A DNA stretch of 64,000 nt from Blasia pusilla. Taxonomy: Eukaryota. Numbering within the stretch: position 1 is the first letter of the stretch; every line of letters starts with the position of its first letter. Shown here piece after piece: positions 63,670 through 64,000 of this stretch. The stretch spans positions 26,660,001 to 26,724,000 of the forward strand of contig CM114271.1 of NCBI GenBank assembly GCA_050084515.1, written 5' to 3'. Under the pieces are notes generated by a model. It was not told where the DNA came from. It did not search any database and saw only the letters and a program-made list of their open reading frames with translations. The translations under genes were made by a program, and so were the position numbers.

Positions 63670-64000
63670 AGGTACCCATCCCCCGGTGGATATAAATTTT
63701 AATAGAAATTTGGATGGAAAACCCATCGGATGCAAAGGTGGGGGAATGTAGAGAAAACAATTCGCGGGTCAAAACCGGCCCTCGAGAGATAGAAGGGGGT
63801 TTCTCTCCTAACAACCAATATCTCTAGTGACACCTAGAGAATTATGGTAATTATTTAGTGGGCTTCTAGCATTGGCGTCTCCAATCGCCAGAGCCGACCG
63901 CTAAAGCCCATTTGCTTGGACACGATACAAAGTTATGGAGATCCGTTGCCTACAATAAAGAATCGCAGTGGGTAAGGATCACCCATTTCTCGACTGTAGA

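Noticed and set aside
1-64000. tRNA, rRNA or conserved miRNA genes
   Set aside because: None recognised by eye; tRNAscan-SE and Infernal/Rfam would be needed to exclude them.

Overview
Eukaryotic nuclear DNA, most likely from a non-seed land plant such as a bryophyte (inferred from gene content and transposon types). About 1-44 kb is mostly AT-rich, CG-depleted, decayed and nested transposons: Ty1/copia x2, Ty3/gypsy x2, a non-LTR RT fragment, a CACTA transposase remnant, three copies of a hAT-type MITE with 8-bp TSDs, a ~340-bp tandem array and possible Helitron ends. GC-rich islands interrupt this. They hold a spliced TIGR01589/A_thal_3526-domain gene (24.7-26.5 kb, +), an Lsi2/ArsB-type transporter pseudogene (42.1-43.2 kb, -), an intronless rhomboid protease (47.0-48.2 kb, -) and an intact multi-exon RAD5/HLTF-type SNF2-RING helicase (50.3-59.4 kb, -). 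Main findings: (1) two exons encoding a RIN13-like Cys/His module (60.7-61.9 kb) can be spliced in frame onto the helicase, giving a 1125-aa fusion model; (2) a modular, hairpin-rich GC-rich repeat family recurs at ~14.0, 45.1-46.5 and 63.3-64.0 kb, and two copies share a synonymously conserved VFPREPV...FWP frame; (3) a 52-aa uORF stops in a TGATG overlap with the rhomboid start; (4) an orphan island has an ABRE/DRE cluster ahead of a perfect-Kozak 32-aa ORF. All alignments and splice models were done by eye and need computational confirmation.
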